The notes beneath the pieces are model-generated. The model was given only the letters and a program-made list of their open reading frames with translations. It was not told where the DNA came from and searched no databases. DNA of 64,000 bases from contig CAXFSR010000060.1 of NCBI GenBank assembly GCA_964005815.1, positions 8,559 to 72,558 on the forward strand, given 5' to 3'. Shown one piece after another: positions 59,100 to 64,000 of the stretch. The translations under genes were made by a program, and so were the position numbers. This stretch comes from an uncultured Nitrospinaceae bacterium (GTDB lineage: Bacteria > UBA8248). Numbering within the stretch: the first letter of the stretch is position 1; each line of letters begins with the position of its first letter.

Positions 59100-61409
59100 C
59101 TACCCATTGTCTCTAAGTATAATTTCAGGAATTTGATTTCTATACGAAGTGTTCTCTTTTTCAAAAGCATGCGCAATTTGAAATAAATTTTCCTCTTTCC
59201 ATGGACCGGAAACAATTTGCATAGATGTGGGCATCCCAATTTGATCAAATCCCATAGGGGTAACTAAAGCTGGAAATCCTGTAACATTATGAGGAGTTAA
59301 AAACGGTCTGTGTAAATAATTATAAACGAACTCTTCTTTATCTATATTAGCCTTCAGTCCTTCTATTTTTGGAGCAACACAGGGAAGAGCAGGAGAAATA
59401 AGAGCATCAAAGGTTTTAAAAAAATCTTCCATTTCTCTTTGTAAAATTTCACGTTCACGCAAACCACTAACATATTCGTCCGTTGAAATTTTAAAAGACC
59501 AATCAAGACGTTTTAAAATATCTTCCCCATAACCTTTTGGATTTTTTTCAAAAAAGGACCTATGAAATTCTGAAAACTCTGCTCCAGCTATCTTTGGAAA
59601 AATATTCATTACTTTATCAAAATGAGGGAAAGGGATCTCCTCAACAATTCCTCCTAGGCTTTCAAAAACCAAACATGCACTTTGAAAATTCTCTCGAATA
59701 GAAGAATCTACATCGCAATGATTATAAAAATCTGGGCAGATAACAATCCTTTTTCCCTTGATTCCTTGATCAATAGTTAAAGAATATTTTGGAACAGGAA
59801 TATCTCTAGATTTAGAATCCTCTGAATCATACCCTGCCATACTTTCAAGAATTATTGCTATATCTTCTGTACTTCTTGCCATCGGTCCCACATGGTCAAA
59901 GCTTAAAACGTTTGGACAAACTCCTGACAAGCTTACTCTTCCATGAGTAGGTTTAAGACCTACAACACCACAAAAACCTGCAGGAGTTCTTATCGAACCT
60001 CCTGTGTCACTTCCCAAAGAAAAAGCGGTCAAATACGAAGCTACTGCAGCCGCAGAACCACCACTAGAACCCCCTACTATCCTCTCAGTATTCCATGGAT
60101 TTTTAGTGGTACCATAAAATGGATTGATAGTGGTCGAACCTCCGGCAAACTCATGAGTATTCACTTTTCCCAACATAACAGCGCCAGCATCGTAAAGAGA
60201 AGTTATTACAAATGCATCCTTATCAGGGTAATGATCTTTGTGAAAATTCGAACCATTTGTAGTAAGAATATCCTTAGTATTAATTATATCTTTCGCTGCA
60301 AAAGGGATACCGTGCAAAGATCCCCGGAGATTTCCTGAACTTATTTCCTTCTCAGCCTTTTTCGCTTTTTTTAACGCCTCTTTTGCTGTAACGGTCACGT
60401 ATATGTTTAATTTATTATCTATTTTCTCAATTTGTGTTAAAAAAGACTGCGTGAGGTCCAAAGGAGAAATTTCATTTTCTCGAATGAGAGAAGACAAATC
60501 AGCTATCGATTTAAAACAAAGTTGCCCATCTTCTTGAGAATTAGAAGAATTACAAAATTTTGAATCTCCCGATTGATTTTCAGCTACTTCTTTATGGATA
60601 CGAATTTCTGGCACATGTAATTTCCTCGCAATCCATCCTTTTTTAACAAAACCGTCTTTCTGCAAGAAATCGTAATATAAATTTAGACCTTCTTCCTCTT
60701 TTTCTCCAACATCGTATAAAATGCAATTTGTTAAATAATTATGAATCTCCTCTTCTTTTATAAATGAATTCTCTCTCGCAAGAACAGAAATAATTTCGTC
60801 TAGATTCTTAATTCCTTCTTCTTTTGATTTAATTAATTCACTCGCTATATCAGAATTTCCTTTACCTTCAGGAAAAACCCAAACTGCATACACAAAAGGA
60901 AGATTTGTAAATGCCGTCCATTCATCTCCTAAGTCCACCACATAAAAATCTCCTGGAGGCTCTCTTAATGCATTGTCCCCAATTAAGAGAAATGCATCTA
61001 ATTCTTTATCTTCCTTTGGAGGGATTTTTGGATTTACAGAAACGAACTTTGGTTCTACTCCCCATCTGTGTTTCAGCAGAACTCGTAACATATTACTAGC
61101 AGAAAGAGACCACGAATCAAGGCCTACCACCTGCAATGTATCTGCCGGTTTTCTACAATAAAGGCGTATGCTCTCTACTGGACCATTACTTACAATACCG
61201 ATTTTAGGCACAAATCTGGAATTTTTTAATCCAAACATGGAAAAAGAAGAGACCAATGCACCATCTAATTTATTATCTTTTAAAAGTGTAGCTAGCTCAC
61301 TAGGAGGGAAACTAACAATCTGAATTTTTTCATTATTTTCTAGATTGTATGTAAGAGGTCTTGCATTAATGAAGGGAACTGTTCCGAGTTTTAAGCATGA
61401 ACTGCCCAT
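59100..61409 (-). CDS. mqnA: Fusion: MqnA chorismate dehydratase (aa ~1-258) + amidase-signature amidase (aa ~297-769)
   Basis: N-part PFINARPL, GPVES, LLIGDNAL, DLGDEW...T.LPFVYAVW; C-part LHGIPFAAKD, GGSSGGSAAA, GSDTGGSIRTPA..CG.VGLKPT.G. Confidence 0.88.
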   Translation of the reverse strand: MGSSCLKLGTVPFINARPLTYNLENNEKIQIVSFPPSELATLLKDNKLDGALVSSFSMFGLKNSRFVPKIGIVSNGPVESIRLYCRKPADTLQVVGLDSWSLSASNMLRVLLKHRWGVEPKFVSVNPKIPPKEDKELDAFLLIGDNALREPPGDFYVVDLGDEWTAFTNLPFVYAVWVFPEGKGNSDIASELIKSKEEGIKNLDEIISVLARENSFIKEEEIHNYLTNCILYDVGEKEEEGLNLYYDFLQKDGFVKKGWIARKLHVPEIRIHKEVAENQSGDSKFCNSSNSQEDGQLCFKSIADLSSLIRENEISPLDLTQSFLTQIEKIDNKLNIYVTVTAKEALKKAKKAEKEISSGNLRGSLHGIPFAAKDIINTKDILTTNGSNFHKDHYPDKDAFVITSLYDAGAVMLGKVNTHEFAGGSTTINPFYGTTKNPWNTERIVGGSSGGSAAAVASYLTAFSLGSDTGGSIRTPAGFCGVVGLKPTHGRVSLSGVCPNVLSFDHVGPMARSTEDIAIILESMAGYDSEDSKSRDIPVPKYSLTIDQGIKGKRIVICPDFYNHCDVDSSIRENFQSACLVFESLGGIVEEIPFPHFDKVMNIFPKIAGAEFSEFHRSFFEKNPKGYGEDILKRLDWSFKISTDEYVSGLREREILQREMEDFFKTFDALISPALPCVAPKIEGLKANIDKEEFVYNYLHRPFLTPHNVTGFPALVTPMGFDQIGMPTSMQIVSGPWKEENLFQIAHAFEKENTSYRNQIPEIILRDNG

Positions 61410-62530
61410 TTCTCTCCTTCGCGAATCACCTCGTTATAGAGGGTATCTCTTTCTACTGGCTCTCTACCAACTTCTCTGATAATATTTCGTATATAGTCAA
61501 CCGTCAATTCTGATGGTGTCTGAGCTCCTGCCATATGATAAATTTTCTCTTGAACAACGGTTCCATCTAAATCGTTTACCCCATATTGCTGACTTAATTG
61601 CGCGATAGGAAGACCAACCATTATCCAATAAGCCTTAATATGAGGAATGTTATCCAACAAAAGTCTGCTAACAGCATAATTTTTTAAGTCTAAAATTCCA
61701 CCGGATGGACGAACATCATTCATTTGAGTATTTTCTGGGTGAAAAGACAATGGAATAAAGGTAGTAAAACCATTTGTCTCATCCTGTAAATCTCGAAGTT
61801 GTAAAATATGATCCACTCTGTCGGCATCGGTCTCTATATGTCCATATAACATAGTACAAGTACTTGATAAACCCATATTGTGAGCGATGCGGTGCACTTC
61901 CAACCAATCCTCTGCAGACTGTTTCCCCTTACAAATTTCAGATCTTGTTGGCTCTGCAAAGATTTCGGCACCTCCCCCTGTAAGAGAGCCAAGTCCTGCT
62001 CGAACTAGTGTTTCCAAGGTTTCTTCTATACTCATCTTTGCAATATGATCCGCGATCCAACGTATTTCAGTAGCAGTAAAACATTTTAGATGTAGATGGG
62101 GATGAATTTCCTTGATCCCGTGAATCATTTCAAGATAATAATCAAATGGCAGATCAGGATGGAGTCCTCCTACCATATGAAATTCGGTGCGGCCTTTTCC
62201 AAGTTTTTCTGCCTGTTTAAAGATTTCTTCTAATGAGTACGCGTATGCATCTTGCTGTCCTTCTTTTTTTCCAAATGCACAGAATTTACAGGCTTTCCAC
62301 AAGACACAAACATTTGAATAATTAATATGGCTATTCACATTGTAAAAAGTTCGGTTACCATGAAGTCGTTCACGAACCTTGTTCGCTAAATATCCAATCG
62401 CATTAATATCATTTGAAGCATATAAAATTTGACCATCTTCAAAAGACAATCTATCTCCAGCATTAACCTTCTCCAAAACTTCGGACAGAGAAGTATCACG
62501 TAGATATTTTTCATAATATTGATTGTTCAA
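61391..62530 (-). CDS. mqnE: Aminofutalosine synthase (radical SAM)
   Basis: EFHMVGGLHP, GGGAEIF, TMLYGHIET, HIKAYWIM, DLDGTV.QEKIYHMAGA. Confidence 0.93.
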   Translation of the reverse strand: MNNQYYEKYLRDTSLSEVLEKVNAGDRLSFEDGQILYASNDINAIGYLANKVRERLHGNRTFYNVNSHINYSNVCVLWKACKFCAFGKKEGQQDAYAYSLEEIFKQAEKLGKGRTEFHMVGGLHPDLPFDYYLEMIHGIKEIHPHLHLKCFTATEIRWIADHIAKMSIEETLETLVRAGLGSLTGGGAEIFAEPTRSEICKGKQSAEDWLEVHRIAHNMGLSSTCTMLYGHIETDADRVDHILQLRDLQDETNGFTTFIPLSFHPENTQMNDVRPSGGILDLKNYAVSRLLLDNIPHIKAYWIMVGLPIAQLSQQYGVNDLDGTVVQEKIYHMAGAQTPSELTVDYIRNIIREVGREPVERDTLYNEVIREGEKWAVHA

Positions 62531-62551
62531 TTTTTACCTACCTCACAAATA

Positions 62552-62797
62552 TCAAGGTCCGGGTACATAATTAGGACCATTATTTTCTTTTCTCTCTCTT
62601 CTTTTCGCTCTGACCTTTTTCTTCGAAGAAAATGTCTTTAAACGGTCCATATTTTCTTCTCCATCATTTCTAGTCCCAGCTTCGTAAACGTTACTCTTTT
62701 CAAAACTCATCTGACCAAAAATTCGCTTAAGATTCCTCTCAACAGGACTATCAGGAACATTTTCGCTATCTTCTTTTCCTAAGCTCTCTTTTTTCAA
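62552..62797 (-). CDS. Small charged hypothetical protein
   Basis: TTG start behind AAGGA; fills the gap in frame before mqnE; no recognisable motif. Confidence 0.5.
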   Translation of the reverse strand: MKKESLGKEDSENVPDSPVERNLKRIFGQMSFEKSNVYEAGTRNDGEENMDRLKTFSSKKKVRAKRRERKENNGPNYVPGP

Positions 62798-62953
62798 AAC
62801 CCATTCCTTAAAAAAGAAAAAATAAAGTGAGTAAAACTATCAACTAACAACATTATCTTCACTCTTCGAATATAAGCAACTTCATTTCTTGAAATTTTCC
62901 CGAGTATCTAGAAATTTTTTATCTTTTTTTATACAAACTGTCAAAAGTTGAGA

Positions 62954-63994
62954 CTATTCAACCACAAGAACGATCTTTCCCTTTACATGTCCCTCTTCCA
63001 AAATAGAATGAGCACGACTTATATTTTCAGAGTTCATTAGACCAATTATATCCAATTTTCCCGGCTTTAAAACTTCATCAGCTAGCCAGTTCCTTATTGT
63101 TTCAAGAGATTTCATATAGACACCATAGTAATTAGGTCCGCCACCCCTTACAGGAGATCTTAAAAAAACGCTGTGAAAAGATGCAGATTTTGTATACATA
63201 GGTCCTGTTTTCGATGAAAAAAAGTTATCAATAGGCGCTCCTTCTTCTGGAGCAATAGAAACCACGCGGCCAAGATAATCAACAAGACGCATACAAAGTT
63301 TTTTCATATCTTTTCCAACAAAATCACAAGTAACTCTTGGTAATTTTCCATTATTTATGGATAAAACTTTTTCATATACCTCATCAAGTGATAAAGCAGA
63401 ATATAAAACAATTTTGTCAGGTTCTACTCCGAGTTCTTCAAGATAAACCGCACTCTCCTCGCTTCCCGCTGTAACTATTAAAGGATCTGCCTGAAAGAAT
63501 CGAAGCATTTGCACAGCCATACTACCCACTCCTCCAGAACCTCCTGCAACAAATACAGATTCATTTTTTGCCACTTTTGATTTTATCGAAACTGCTTCAT
63601 ACGCAGTTAATGATACCAAAGGTATTGAAGCAGCTTCTTCGAAAGATAAATTACTAGGTTTTTTCGCTACAAACTCATGAGGAACACAAACAAATTCTGC
63701 GTAACCGTTTCCACCGCTATCACCAAAGCGAGGAAGATAAGCCATCACTTCATCACCAGGCAAAAAACGATCTACATTCTCACCAACTTCTTCGACAATG
63801 CCAGCAGTATCTCTCCCTAAAATAATAGGAACTGCACCTTCGTTTCCTCCCAAACGTGCTTTATAATCTGTGGGATTGACAGAAACAGCTTTGGCCTTGA
63901 TCTTAACTTCACTAGGAGTAGGACTAGGTTCAGGCCATTCTCCATCCTGAAAATTCTCAGTTCCGCCAAATGCTTTGAGAATTACTGCTCGCAT
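62954..63994 (-). CDS. NADP-dependent oxidoreductase (MDR/quinone oxidoreductase family)
   Basis: VSVNPTDYK, LGRD.AG, GYAE, GGSGGVG, GHVKGKIVL. Confidence 0.85.
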   Translation of the reverse strand: MRAVILKAFGGTENFQDGEWPEPSPTPSEVKIKAKAVSVNPTDYKARLGGNEGAVPIILGRDTAGIVEEVGENVDRFLPGDEVMAYLPRFGDSGGNGYAEFVCVPHEFVAKKPSNLSFEEAASIPLVSLTAYEAVSIKSKVAKNESVFVAGGSGGVGSMAVQMLRFFQADPLIVTAGSEESAVYLEELGVEPDKIVLYSALSLDEVYEKVLSINNGKLPRVTCDFVGKDMKKLCMRLVDYLGRVVSIAPEEGAPIDNFFSSKTGPMYTKSASFHSVFLRSPVRGGGPNYYGVYMKSLETIRNWLADEVLKPGKLDIIGLMNSENISRAHSILEEGHVKGKIVLVVE

Positions 63995-64000
63995 AATTCC

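Noticed and set aside
59100..60520. gatA (Glu-tRNA amidotransferase subunit A)
   Set aside because: No gatB/gatC nearby, and the C-terminal half lacks GatA-specific motifs (SNLxRxDG, EVKRRI); called a generic amidase

Overview
AT-rich, very densely packed bacterial chromosome segment (standard genetic code; no mobile elements, CRISPR or rRNA seen). 4.3-28.7 kb holds two back-to-back respiratory complex I operons on the minus strand. One is a complete nuoA-N set. The other, nuoABCDHJKLMN, lacks nuoE/F/G and also nuoI, and its NuoL carries an exact 26-aa duplication of the lateral helix (the hallmark of 2M-type complexes) although only one nuoM is present. The middle of the window is a patchwork of catabolic genes: three amidohydrolase-2 proteins, a thiocyanate-hydrolase/nitrile-hydratase-like pair missing one subunit, two CoA-transferase pairs, a racemase-fold protein, an enolase-family enzyme and a tartrate-dehydrogenase-like enzyme. 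These are interleaved with scpAB, rluB, panE, bioF and crcB. The right end has a futalosine (menaquinone) operon in which MqnA is fused in frame to an amidase. An AhpD/CMD-like gene missed by the ORF track has an in-frame CxxU TGA followed by a SECIS-like hairpin and is a probable selenoprotein. A tRNA-Phe(GAA) lies near the left end. All calls come from reading motifs by eye; no database searches were run.
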